Part shown: piece after piece, positions 1 through 8,696 of the stretch
Layout: every line of letters starts with the position of its first letter
Position numbering within the stretch: the first letter of the stretch is position 1
NCBI GenBank assembly: GCA_001785675.1
Contig: MFUJ01000016.1
Coordinates: 149 to 64,148, forward strand
DNA: 64,000 nucleotides
Reading direction: 5' to 3'
DNA from: Candidatus Nomurabacteria bacterium RIFCSPHIGHO2_12_FULL_37_29
GTDB lineage: Bacteria; Patescibacteriota; Minisyncoccia; Phycocordibacterales; UBA9973
The notes under the pieces: generated by a model
Told to the model about the DNA's origin: nothing
The model's input: the letters and a program-made list of their open reading frames with translations, nothing else
Databases searched by the model: none
Translations under genes and position numbers: made by a program

Positions 1-1665
1 ACAACAGCAACATTAAATGGCGACATAACAGCCACAGGTGGCGCCAATGCAACGGCTCGTGGATTCGAATATGGTACAACTATTTCCTATGGAACAAGTA
101 CCACGAGTAGTGGAAGCTATGGTATAGCTTCTTTCAGCGACAATATAACTTCACTTACCTGCGCCACGACATACCATTTTCGTTCCTATGCCACGAACTC
201 TGCCGGCACAGGATCAGGAGCTGATGCAACTTTCACAACCACAAGTTGTCCTTCCTCTGGCGGTGGCGGAGGCGGAAATAGCGGGCTTGGGGGAGGCGGT
301 GGTGGAGGAACGATAATTGTAAATGCACCAACAGTAGTGGAGATCATAGAAAATCCAATTGATTTTATCGATAATCAAATTATTACTCCAATTTTTACCA
401 CTATTGATAAAATAATTCCCTCATTTTTAAAACCTAAACCCGTTCCAGTAAAGCCTATTGTTCCAGTTGAAGAATTAGTGACAGAAAAGGTCCCGTTAGC
501 TTTGGGGGGTATATGGCAACTTTATCTTTTGCCTCAAAAAGCAGAATTTGTTTTAGCCCCTTTACCAAAAGCGATTAATGATCTGGCTCAAAAGTTCCCG
601 ACATTGGAACAAACTTTTAACGAAGTAGGTATTAGTAAAATTACCGATATTACAAAACTTAATAATATTAAATTAAACCTCCCTGGATTAACGGAAAGAG
701 TAGGTTTGTCGACTCTCAATATTAAACCCAGCATATTTTCTCTACCAGAGGGTATTCCGATCGGCAATCTATCACTAGCAACTAAAAAACAAATACCCGC
801 GGAAATTATCTTTGTTAAAACTGGCGCTGAATTGATTGATTTTAATCCTACTTTGTCTGTTTCTGATAAAGGCGAACCAGAGCAAAAAATCAACACAATC
901 TCTGGCAAACTTTTACAGTTAGCTGTAAAACCCGATAAACCAGTAGAGAGCGTGAAGGGCTATGTAGTCTTTAAATCAAGGGCAATCCGTTCAACTTCTT
1001 TAGAAATTCCGTCTGATTCTTTATTAGCATCAGCTATTTTTGCCACTCCAGTTTTTGCTCAAATAGAGGAGAAACCTGTTAGAGTTGAAGAAAAACTGGT
1101 TTTGCTCGAATTTTTATACACCGATATTGATGGTGATGGAATTTATACGGCTGAAATAAAGGCGCCTTTGGTTGAAGGTGAATATGAAATTATTACGGTA
1201 CTAGACTTTATCGATCCAGACTTGGGTAACAAACAAATTCGTTTGACTACCGTTGTTGACCCAGAGGGGTATGTTTATTCCACTTTGCCGGCAGGCAAAT
1301 TAAGAATCGCCGGAGCCGTTGTTTCTATTTATTGGTTAAACCCTGGAACCAAGAAATATGAAATATGGTCAGCCAAGGAATACCAGCAGGAAAATCCGCA
1401 AGTTACTGACGATACAGGCAAGTATTCTTTTTTAGTGCCCCCCGGCACATATTATTTAAGAATTGAACATCCTAATTATCCTGCTTATCAATCTGAAACT
1501 TTTGTGGTCAAAGAAGGCAGCGGAGTTCACATGAATATTGAGCTTAAAACTAAATACTGGTGGCTTCAGATTTTTGACTGGAAAACCACTTTATTAGTTC
1601 TAGTTATAATTTTATTGCTTTATAACTTTTATCGTGATAAAATGAGAGAGAGTTTAATGAAATAA
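1..1665 (+). CDS. Large surface protein, 5'-partial (FN3-like domain, Gly linker, carboxypeptidase-regulatory-like domain, C-terminal TM)
   Basis: Frame open from base 1 (TTATLNGDITATGGANATARGFEYGTT, then poly-Gly) and continuous with ORF 337..1665; DPEGYVY...TDDTGKYSFLVPPGTYYL; hydrophobic C-terminus. Confidence 0.75.
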   Translation, partial: TTATLNGDITATGGANATARGFEYGTTISYGTSTTSSGSYGIASFSDNITSLTCATTYHFRSYATNSAGTGSGADATFTTTSCPSSGGGGGGNSGLGGGGGGGTIIVNAPTVVEIIENPIDFIDNQIITPIFTTIDKIIPSFLKPKPVPVKPIVPVEELVTEKVPLALGGIWQLYLLPQKAEFVLAPLPKAINDLAQKFPTLEQTFNEVGISKITDITKLNNIKLNLPGLTERVGLSTLNIKPSIFSLPEGIPIGNLSLATKKQIPAEIIFVKTGAELIDFNPTLSVSDKGEPEQKINTISGKLLQLAVKPDKPVESVKGYVVFKSRAIRSTSLEIPSDSLLASAIFATPVFAQIEEKPVRVEEKLVLLEFLYTDIDGDGIYTAEIKAPLVEGEYEIITVLDFIDPDLGNKQIRLTTVVDPEGYVYSTLPAGKLRIAGAVVSIYWLNPGTKKYEIWSAKEYQQENPQVTDDTGKYSFLVPPGTYYLRIEHPNYPAYQSETFVVKEGSGVHMNIELKTKYWWLQIFDWKTTLLVLVIILLLYNFYRDKMRESLMK

Positions 1666-1672
1666 AGAATAT

Positions 1673-2035
1673 ATGAAAAACCCAAATAGAATTTTAATTC
1701 TCATTTTAGTTCTGCTTCTCGGTAATGTTTTTTTAGGCGTCAAATATTTTTCTGTTGCAAAAGAGCTTCGTCAGACCAAAACTCTTTCGGAAGCCCAAAA
1801 GGTCAATAATAAGGTTTTAGAATTTTCCAAGCTTTTTATTGAAAAAGTACTAAAAACCAAGACTGAAATTGATTTTGAAATGAGATTAAAACTTGAAAAC
1901 GCAGTTAGAGACTTAGGAGATAATGAAATTTTGGCTCAATGGTCCCAATTTATTGAAAGCACAACGGAAGCCAACGCGCAAGAAGAGGTTAAAAATTTAC
2001 TGGAATTATTAATAAACAAAATTAGGGTAAAATAA
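1673..2035 (+). CDS. Hypothetical protein with N-terminal TM helix
   Basis: 120 aa ORF 7 bp after the previous stop; hydrophobic N-terminus. Confidence 0.7.
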   Translation: MKNPNRILILILVLLLGNVFLGVKYFSVAKELRQTKTLSEAQKVNNKVLEFSKLFIEKVLKTKTEIDFEMRLKLENAVRDLGDNEILAQWSQFIESTTEANAQEEVKNLLELLINKIRVK

Positions 2036-2204
2036 ATTTTGTTTCCATTGCATAGTACTTGTTTTTATGTCATTAAAGATCGGCATGGTGTGAGCGCTAC
2101 CCAACATCTCAACAATAATATAGCTATAAAGCAGGTACCATTTGAGTTTACGATAAACCTTCCACCGTCACTTAAAATTTTTGGTAATAAATAAAATATT
2201 AATT

Positions 2205-2609
2205 ATGCAAATTTCTATTTTTGAAGAGGTGAAGCAGTTGAATTTTCCTTTTGGTAGTTATGCTGTCGTTGGTGGTGGTGTTATGGAAGCACACGGAATT
2301 CGCAATCATGGAGATGTTGATATTATTGTGACACGTGAATTTTTTGAAAAGTTAAAGAACCATGGTTGGGAATTAGTACATGGTAAAAATAATGTAATCA
2401 AAAAAGGGAATTATGAAATTGATGTGGATTTTAAATATGGAGACTATCAGCCTGACCATGAAGGATTAATAAGAGATGCAGAGATCATTAAGGGGGTGCC
2501 ATTTATGCGACTTGAGGAGCTTATTAAGTTTAAGAAAGCGCTTGGTAGGGATAAGGATAAAAAAGATATTGCGCTGGTGAAAAGATATTTGATAAAACAA
2601 AAAATTTAG
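2205..2609 (+). CDS. Minimal nucleotidyltransferase-fold protein
   Basis: YAVVGGG...HGIR..GDVDI motif; ATG at 2205 preferred over the TTG at 2181. Confidence 0.65.
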   Translation: MQISIFEEVKQLNFPFGSYAVVGGGVMEAHGIRNHGDVDIIVTREFFEKLKNHGWELVHGKNNVIKKGNYEIDVDFKYGDYQPDHEGLIRDAEIIKGVPFMRLEELIKFKKALGRDKDKKDIALVKRYLIKQKI

Positions 2610-2625
2610 ACTAATATTGTTAATT

Positions 2626-3234
2626 ATGGATACAGGGAAATTACTTTTAACATCAACAGGTCTATCTTCTGAAAATATCGCAAAAAGATTTCAGAGTTTT
2701 TTTGCTGATTCTGGAAGTCAGGCTGTTGCAATAATTACTACTGCTGCGGAGGGTAAGGAGCAAAATAAATATTCCCAATTAGCTAAAAAGCAGTTCAAGA
2801 AAATGGGATTTACTAAGATCGATTTTGTTGATCTCGAGACAGAGCCAACTATAGATTTTTCTTCGTATAGAGTAATTTATGTGTGTGGTGGAAACACATT
2901 TAAACTTCTAAAATTTGCACGAAAGGCAAATTTCCAGTCTTCGGTTAATAATCTCATAAAACGTAATGGTGTATATGTTGGTGTTAGTGCTGGAAGTATT
3001 ATTGTCAGTCCGTCTATTAATATTGCAAATGAGGTTGAGCCTGACTCAAATGATATTGGCTTAGAAGATCTTACTGGTTTTAATATCACTAATCTTATTA
3101 TTCTCCCACATTATTCTCCAGAAGTTGAGGAAGAAACAAAAGCTTTTGAGACAAAATATGGAGTTACTGTAGAACGTTTGAACAACTATCAGGCTGTCCT
3201 TATAGAAAACGGAGAAAAAACTATTATTGAATAA
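2626..3234 (+). CDS. Peptidase E / S51 family (class I glutamine amidotransferase-like)
   Basis: GGNTF, GVSAGS nucleophile elbow, PHY. Confidence 0.85.
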   Translation: MDTGKLLLTSTGLSSENIAKRFQSFFADSGSQAVAIITTAAEGKEQNKYSQLAKKQFKKMGFTKIDFVDLETEPTIDFSSYRVIYVCGGNTFKLLKFARKANFQSSVNNLIKRNGVYVGVSAGSIIVSPSINIANEVEPDSNDIGLEDLTGFNITNLIILPHYSPEVEEETKAFETKYGVTVERLNNYQAVLIENGEKTIIE

Positions 3235-3236
3235 AA

Positions 3237-3264
3237 ATGGGGGCACACTTGCGTATGCCCCCAT
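3237..3264. terminator. Hairpin between convergent genes, left edge of the GC-rich island
   Basis: atgggggca / tgcccccat inverted repeat; T-run on the minus strand. Confidence 0.6.
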
Positions 3265-3265
3265 G

Positions 3266-4021
3266 TCAGATCAACCTCTTAATTTTACTCATCACATCCT
3301 TCACCCTTTTCCTCCTTGAGAGTTCTAGGGCAAGTTCATAGATGAGTAGGTCCGAAGACCTAAGGAGCCTTGCTTGCTGTTCAAGCGATCGGAATCCACG
3401 GAAGTATCTTCGACTATGCGCGAACGCAAGTCGAACCATCGAGGCCATGATATCCGAGAGGCATAATTCTCGCTCGAGAGTTGCATTTTCATGCAATTTC
3501 TCAAGCGTTGAGAGTTTCTGCCTGATCTCGTCAGCACACAGCTCAACGATAGATTTCGAGAGCGAGGCGGGGTAGGGAACAAGCAGCTCCCTAAGTCGGA
3601 CACTGATATCCGTAACATCATACAGAGTCTCGGCAGTTGCCAAGTCTCCGCACAACGCTTCTGGCAACCAGTATCCGGTAGCCCAGGGGCGGTGTTGACA
3701 GCCCAGATTCCTGCCCTCAATCCACTCCTCGACCTGCCTAACGAGCAAGGCTGAATCGCAAACTGCGACACCTCCAGAGCCCATCGGCAGATCAAAGCGA
3801 ACACTGTCATCGCACACAAAGAAGTTTCCGGTTGGCCACCGATTCTCTAGCAAAGCTTTGATGGTGTTGGAATATCTTTCAATACTCCCGTCATCACAGC
3901 CTGCCAAAAGGTCGATTTTGCCTTTTGCCGAATTCCTCTTCAGTCCAACATGTAGTAGCACTTTCATGCCATACAATTCACGCAAAACGTGAGACAGATC
4001 GGAGGCTAAGCTATTTTTCAT
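3266..4021 (-). CDS. Nucleotidyltransferase-like protein (degenerate, DUF4037-like)
   Basis: KIDLL strand, DL...ETLYD segment and helical C-terminus; ATGA overlap with the upstream gene at 4018-4021. Confidence 0.5.
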   Translation of the reverse strand: MKNSLASDLSHVLRELYGMKVLLHVGLKRNSAKGKIDLLAGCDDGSIERYSNTIKALLENRWPTGNFFVCDDSVRFDLPMGSGGVAVCDSALLVRQVEEWIEGRNLGCQHRPWATGYWLPEALCGDLATAETLYDVTDISVRLRELLVPYPASLSKSIVELCADEIRQKLSTLEKLHENATLERELCLSDIMASMVRLAFAHSRRYFRGFRSLEQQARLLRSSDLLIYELALELSRRKRVKDVMSKIKRLI

Positions 4022-5136
4022 AGTGCCTCCTTGTTCCGTTTCGACTCCTCAAGCTCGATAAGAGCCTTCGGAAATCCGAATGTGGACGTTAGATACTCGA
4101 TGTCTGATCCGGTCAGAGGGCCATTACTGCGAGAGGTAAGTTTTGTATATTCCTTCCTCCCACGCTCAAGCCCCTTCTCGAATTTTGACACCTCCTCGGC
4201 AAACACAGTCTGCACCGCATCAGCCGAGGCCCATTGATTTCCTGATATCACGACAAACTCATCAAATGAGATGGATGTCTGTCGGCAGAGGATGAAAGCC
4301 TCTCGGATGAGTTTCCGAAGGACATAATCCGCCGCTTTGTTTCCAGGCCGAAGCCCTTCCGATACCAGGAGTACCGCCGCTTTGCCGAGATCGGCGAGGC
4401 GACACATGATGGCTTGATCCTTTACTTCGGATTGTTCCGTGATGGATTCGATCACGCCTTTCCAGCTCGAGTTTTCGTAATCGCTGCCACAGCATTCGAC
4501 TGCTGTGACGATACGATCAATGCTCGCTCCCGAATCGGCGGCAATCTTCTCCAGGGGAGATTCGAAAAGCGTTTCGCCCAGAAACTCGGTAAAGACCAAG
4601 TTCCAGAGCTCGATCGACTTATCCGTGTCTGGATTTCTCCAGACGATCTCCGTGCGAATACCGCATCGATTCTGGGTCGGAGTAAAGGTGACGTTCTTGT
4701 CATTGCTGACAGTCCTGACACCCAACCTTTCCCATATTTTCTGCGATGTTGCATCTTGTGGATGCACTGTTGCCGACAGCGTGGCAGGGCTGATCCCTGC
4801 ACACACTGTCAGATAATGCCAAGCACTCTCGATCATTACATCCTTCACCTCTTGCTCCTTGCCCTCGTAGAGGGAAAAGTGGCCGAGCATGTCGAATGCA
4901 AGATGGTGCCTTCCCGACAAACCGATCTTCTCCCATCTATCTGTCCGCAAGCATGTCTGAACCGAAACGACACGGGTCTTCTCAGGGATTACTCCATGAG
5001 AGATCGCGTTCTCGAAAACGACACCGCCAGAGATGTTGAACAGGAGCTTAGGGTTTGCGCTTACGATTGGAACGCTGTCTTGCCACTGGAAACCGAAGGT
5101 CCCGAAGTGGCGTCTGATTTCATCATACGTCTTCAT
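4018..5136 (-). CDS. Truncated alanyl-tRNA synthetase-like protein (372 aa; no editing or C-Ala domain)
   Basis: Start MKTYDEIR at 5136 with GGAGG upstream and ATGA overlap; QTCLR, RHHLAFDMLGHFS, IELWNLVF, DSGASIDR, YVLRKLIR, STFGFP. Confidence 0.85.
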   Translation of the reverse strand: MKTYDEIRRHFGTFGFQWQDSVPIVSANPKLLFNISGGVVFENAISHGVIPEKTRVVSVQTCLRTDRWEKIGLSGRHHLAFDMLGHFSLYEGKEQEVKDVMIESAWHYLTVCAGISPATLSATVHPQDATSQKIWERLGVRTVSNDKNVTFTPTQNRCGIRTEIVWRNPDTDKSIELWNLVFTEFLGETLFESPLEKIAADSGASIDRIVTAVECCGSDYENSSWKGVIESITEQSEVKDQAIMCRLADLGKAAVLLVSEGLRPGNKAADYVLRKLIREAFILCRQTSISFDEFVVISGNQWASADAVQTVFAEEVSKFEKGLERGRKEYTKLTSRSNGPLTGSDIEYLTSTFGFPKALIELEESKRNKEAL

Positions 5137-6356
5137 GGAGAACCTCCCATTGCCAGATGTTTGAATACAGTCTGCCTGACTGCGTAGGTGAACTTGCTCA
5201 TCTCGGGATGAGTAACAAGTCCGTGGTTGATATCCCAACTCACTACGTGAGCCGGAATCCCGAGGCTGTCCAAGATACCCTGTGCTCGCTCCGCCGTCAT
5301 ATTGTAGGCTGAGCCTTGAGCGCAGATTCTCCGTTGGGCCAGAGGGCAGCGAGATGCCTCGCATTCTGACCGCGCGAAAATCTGTACCGAAGTGATGCTC
5401 GGAATCTTGAGCATCCGAGTAAGGGCGCACGACGACTTGAGATAGACGGGGATACCGGGAAAGTGTTCGGCGCTCAGTGAGAAGATGGAATCCACCAACT
5501 CCTGCGGCAACAACTTCACATTGTCATCCCGAGGGATGTTCGGCATGGGGAGCTTATGAATCTCCACCAGTCCGTTCTCGATACCTTCCGTCCAGCGCAG
5601 ACCGCCCGGAACGATCATGTCGATGACTTCGCCGTAGTGTTTTTTCACCCACAGCATCATCATCTCGATTCTGTCCCGATTACCGCTCCACTCAGGAACG
5701 ATCGGTCGCATGTACCACGCAATGGTGGCTCCTGCTTCCTTGGCTTCCTCAGAATTGAGAAAGCGGTTGTTATGCGCTGGCTCAATCGTGTCTGGATTGT
5801 CTGCCCAGCACAGCGACAGCATCAAGCCGCGCGTTGCATTCGAGATGCGGGCGAAGTCAAGCTTCCTCCCTTTAGGAACGCCACCTTTGGTAACGATCCA
5901 GAAGGGATTCCGTAGACCGCGCCGGACGAATCCGTCCATGATCTCGAATGTACTGTCTACGACAGCAGGAGCGAACGGCTCCGTGCTTGCTGTCCCGATG
6001 CTGATGATTGTCTCATCAGCAATGAAGAACGGATGCTTGACCAGTTCATCGAGGATTTGATCCACGCTAAACTGATTGCGCCGTTTCGGTTTTCTCGGCA
6101 TGGTGCCTCGCTCGTCGAGATCTTGGTAGGTCCCTTGAACGTGGCAGTACCGGCATTGCCAGGCGCAACCGATCCAGAGATCGATGCTCAGCGAGCTGTT
6201 GGACACACTGACTGATGAAAGGGGATGATTACTATCTGGCACGAGAGCTCCATACGTGTATTCACGCAAGGAAAACTCCTGTCCCGTAGTCGTGCCCCTG
6301 ATTTGGACGAGCGGCTCAGAATTAATGGCCGCGAAGTATTCCATCTTGGAATTCAT
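5133..6356 (-). CDS. Radical SAM enzyme (spore photoproduct lyase-like family)
   Basis: CAWQCRYC (CxxxCxxC), STEPF, IVTK, RPIVP; additional C-terminal cysteines. Confidence 0.85.
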   Translation of the reverse strand: MNSKMEYFAAINSEPLVQIRGTTTGQEFSLREYTYGALVPDSNHPLSSVSVSNSSLSIDLWIGCAWQCRYCHVQGTYQDLDERGTMPRKPKRRNQFSVDQILDELVKHPFFIADETIISIGTASTEPFAPAVVDSTFEIMDGFVRRGLRNPFWIVTKGGVPKGRKLDFARISNATRGLMLSLCWADNPDTIEPAHNNRFLNSEEAKEAGATIAWYMRPIVPEWSGNRDRIEMMMLWVKKHYGEVIDMIVPGGLRWTEGIENGLVEIHKLPMPNIPRDDNVKLLPQELVDSIFSLSAEHFPGIPVYLKSSCALTRMLKIPSITSVQIFARSECEASRCPLAQRRICAQGSAYNMTAERAQGILDSLGIPAHVVSWDINHGLVTHPEMSKFTYAVRQTVFKHLAMGGSP

Positions 6357-7093
6357 GTGACTTCTCCTTTCAGGTAGTTGATGTTTCGTGTGACTTGTTC
6401 TTCCGTTGTCATACCAATGACAACGGAAGTGCCGAGGGTGAGTGCATTTCGTGCAACCATCTCGGCCGAGTGCGGGTCAGTGAGCAACTTCCCCTGTTTG
6501 AACAGACTTCTCAAGAGAACCTCCTTTTTAAGATCAAGCAGATATGGGAGCTGTTGAAGCGCCCAAGTCTGCTCAGTGTTGAAAGGAGCTTCAATCACGT
6601 CGATGTGCGGCAAAACCGCTTCAGCGACAGGATATGAGAAATTGTCGGGTAGGGAAATTCCTACACGCTTGACGATGCCTTCATCCTTAAGCCCCTTAAG
6701 GCACTCAAGGATTACTACTGCTTCTGACGACCACGTGGGCAACCAGTTGTGCAGAAGTACCGTGTCGATGGAAGATCGCCGTAGCCTTTCCAATGATCCG
6801 TACACACTTCGATGTATGCCATCTCGTGAGTAAAATCTTTGGATCGGTTCAGGTGCTTCCAGATTCGGTTTTGATGCTGCCGGAATTTTGGTCACAATGA
6901 CCGCATCTTCCGGTAGGCATGCGCCAAGCATCTCCTCGACCTTGCCTCCACCATAGACGGCCGCCGTATCAAAACGACGGATACCGGAGCTGATGGCGAA
7001 AAGCAGAAGCGATTCAATATAGGCAGGGGACAGGTTTTTGAACTGTCCTCCAAGTTGCCACGTACCGAAGTAGAGGCGATCAAACCAGTCCAT
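6353..7093 (-). CDS. Aldo/keto reductase
   Basis: GTWQLGG, FDTAAVYG, IVTK, SLERL, LLH (D-Y-K-H tetrad); AAGGAG upstream. Confidence 0.9.
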   Translation of the reverse strand: MDWFDRLYFGTWQLGGQFKNLSPAYIESLLLFAISSGIRRFDTAAVYGGGKVEEMLGACLPEDAVIVTKIPAASKPNLEAPEPIQRFYSRDGIHRSVYGSLERLRRSSIDTVLLHNWLPTWSSEAVVILECLKGLKDEGIVKRVGISLPDNFSYPVAEAVLPHIDVIEAPFNTEQTWALQQLPYLLDLKKEVLLRSLFKQGKLLTDPHSAEMVARNALTLGTSVVIGMTTEEQVTRNINYLKGEVT

Positions 7094-7275
7094 GTTTTCT
7101 CCTTAATTTTTAGGTTGTAAAAGAGCGTGGAATTGCGATAAGTTCTAGCACAAAACTACAATATATTCTCTAAAATGTCAATGGGTATCCCAAAAGGCGT
7201 ATCCTTGCCGTAATTATAATTGTGTGTTAATGTAATGCCGGAACGAAAACCCTAAACCACAGAAAGGACCTTGTA

Positions 7276-8568
7276 ATGAAACTGCTATATAAGACGACCG
7301 AGGAAGTGCGCCAGACCTTTCTGAGCCACTTTCTCAAGCATGATCACCAGCTCATCGATCCATCGGGGATCATTCCCAAGAACGATTCGACTCTCATGTT
7401 CATCAACTCGGGTATGGCCCCGCTCAAGCCATATTTCACGGGCCAAGCGAAACCGCCGTATCCGCGCCTGACGAACGTGCAGGACTGCATCAGGTTTGTG
7501 GACGTTGAAAGCGTCGGCGATTCCTATCACGGAACGAACTTCCGCATGATGGGTTCCTGGTCCTTCGGAGACTACTTCAAAGAACGGGCCATCGAGCTTG
7601 CCTTTGAACTCATCACCGAGGGATTCGGTATTCCTGCTGAACGTCTCTCCGCCACGGTATTCCTGGCAGACGAAAGTCTGCCAGGCGTACCGAGCGACGA
7701 AGAATCGGCTCGCATCTGGGAGAAATTCTTACCGCGAGATCGAATCATCGGACGGCCACCAGTAGACAACTTCTGGGGTCCAGCGGGAACCAGTGGTCCA
7801 TGTGGCCCTTGCACGGAAGTCTTCTTTGATCGAGGCGAGGAATTCGCCGAGAAAGAAACGGACGACGTGCTGGTTCCTGGGCGACACATCGAGATCTGGA
7901 ATGCCGGAGTGTTCATGCAATACTTCAAAGACGAGCAAGGGAATTTCTCTCCGCTCCCTATGAAGTGCGTGGATACGGGAGCGGGCCTTGAGCGCTTCGC
8001 CATGATCCTACAGGGCCGTGCCTCGATCCACGAGATCGATCAGTACGGCTCGTCCTACCAACTCATCAATCAGAGAATTGGTGACACGGCATGGACGAGG
8101 GTCATTCTCGACCACATCAAGACCTCGATTCTGATGATTCGTGAGGGTATCATTCCGAGCAACACTCGGGAGGGTTACCTTCTCCGTCGTGCGCTTCGGC
8201 GTGCGATGATCGGCATCTTCCTGCGAGGGATCAATCTGACCATTCTTCAGGAGTGGGCAGACTCTCTCAGCGAAGTGATCGATAACAAGGACCTGACCAT
8301 GCGTCAGAAATCTGTTATTGCACACTGGCTCAGCGAGGAGCGTGATAGCTTCGAAAAGCTGATGCATCGCAGCAGAAAGTATCTCGATAAGATCGTCATG
8401 GCTAAGGAGTTGGATGCGCAACATGCATTCACTTTGAAAACCGGCGTGGGTATTCCCGAAGATCTTCTGGAGGAATTCTGTTCTCGTCACGGCATTCCAT
8501 TTCCGAAGATTGAGTTCCTCCGACTTATTGAGGGGCATAAGGATGTCTCGCGTCGGCCGAAGAAGTAG
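7276..8568 (+). CDS. Truncated alanyl-tRNA synthetase-like protein (430 aa; no editing or C-Ala domain)
   Basis: TLMFINSGM, QDCIR, SFGDYFK, DNFW, GPCGPCTE, IEIWN, DTGAGLER, PSN..EGYLLRR; ends before the editing domain; AAAGGA upstream. Confidence 0.9.
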   Translation: MKLLYKTTEEVRQTFLSHFLKHDHQLIDPSGIIPKNDSTLMFINSGMAPLKPYFTGQAKPPYPRLTNVQDCIRFVDVESVGDSYHGTNFRMMGSWSFGDYFKERAIELAFELITEGFGIPAERLSATVFLADESLPGVPSDEESARIWEKFLPRDRIIGRPPVDNFWGPAGTSGPCGPCTEVFFDRGEEFAEKETDDVLVPGRHIEIWNAGVFMQYFKDEQGNFSPLPMKCVDTGAGLERFAMILQGRASIHEIDQYGSSYQLINQRIGDTAWTRVILDHIKTSILMIREGIIPSNTREGYLLRRALRRAMIGIFLRGINLTILQEWADSLSEVIDNKDLTMRQKSVIAHWLSEERDSFEKLMHRSRKYLDKIVMAKELDAQHAFTLKTGVGIPEDLLEEFCSRHGIPFPKIEFLRLIEGHKDVSRRPKK

Positions 8569-8590
8569 TTCTTTTTGTCTGCACTATGTG

Positions 8591-8627
8591 GAGCCCACCC
8601 GTTAACAAGACGGGCGGGCTCTTTTTT
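8591..8627 (+). terminator. Rho-independent terminator
   Basis: gagcccacccgt / acgggcgggctc stem followed by T6. Confidence 0.75.
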
Positions 8628-8696
8628 GTTTTTATGAATATTTATTTAATAAAAAATTAAGTTTCTTTTTGCTTCGCATTTTGCTATATTCAATAA

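Larger units (their letters stand above)
3237..8627. other. GC-rich, probably horizontally acquired five-gene island
   Basis: Abrupt GC increase versus flanks; Shine-Dalgarno-led genes; ATGA overlaps; hairpins at both ends; no integrase seen. Confidence 0.75.

Noticed and set aside
5137..5430. N-terminal extension of the 470 aa ORF
   Set aside because: It overlaps the radical SAM gene; AlaRS similarity, the SD site and the ATGA coupling all point to 5136
4414..8538. Long antisense or alternate-frame ORFs in the GC-rich island (4414..5187, 8008..8538 and others)
   Set aside because: Shadow ORFs expected at higher GC; no motifs, and they overlap well-supported genes
7276..8568. Calling this the housekeeping alaS
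   Set aside because: No editing domain, altered motif 2 region, foreign composition and a second paralog alongside; cannot be fully excluded without the rest of the genome
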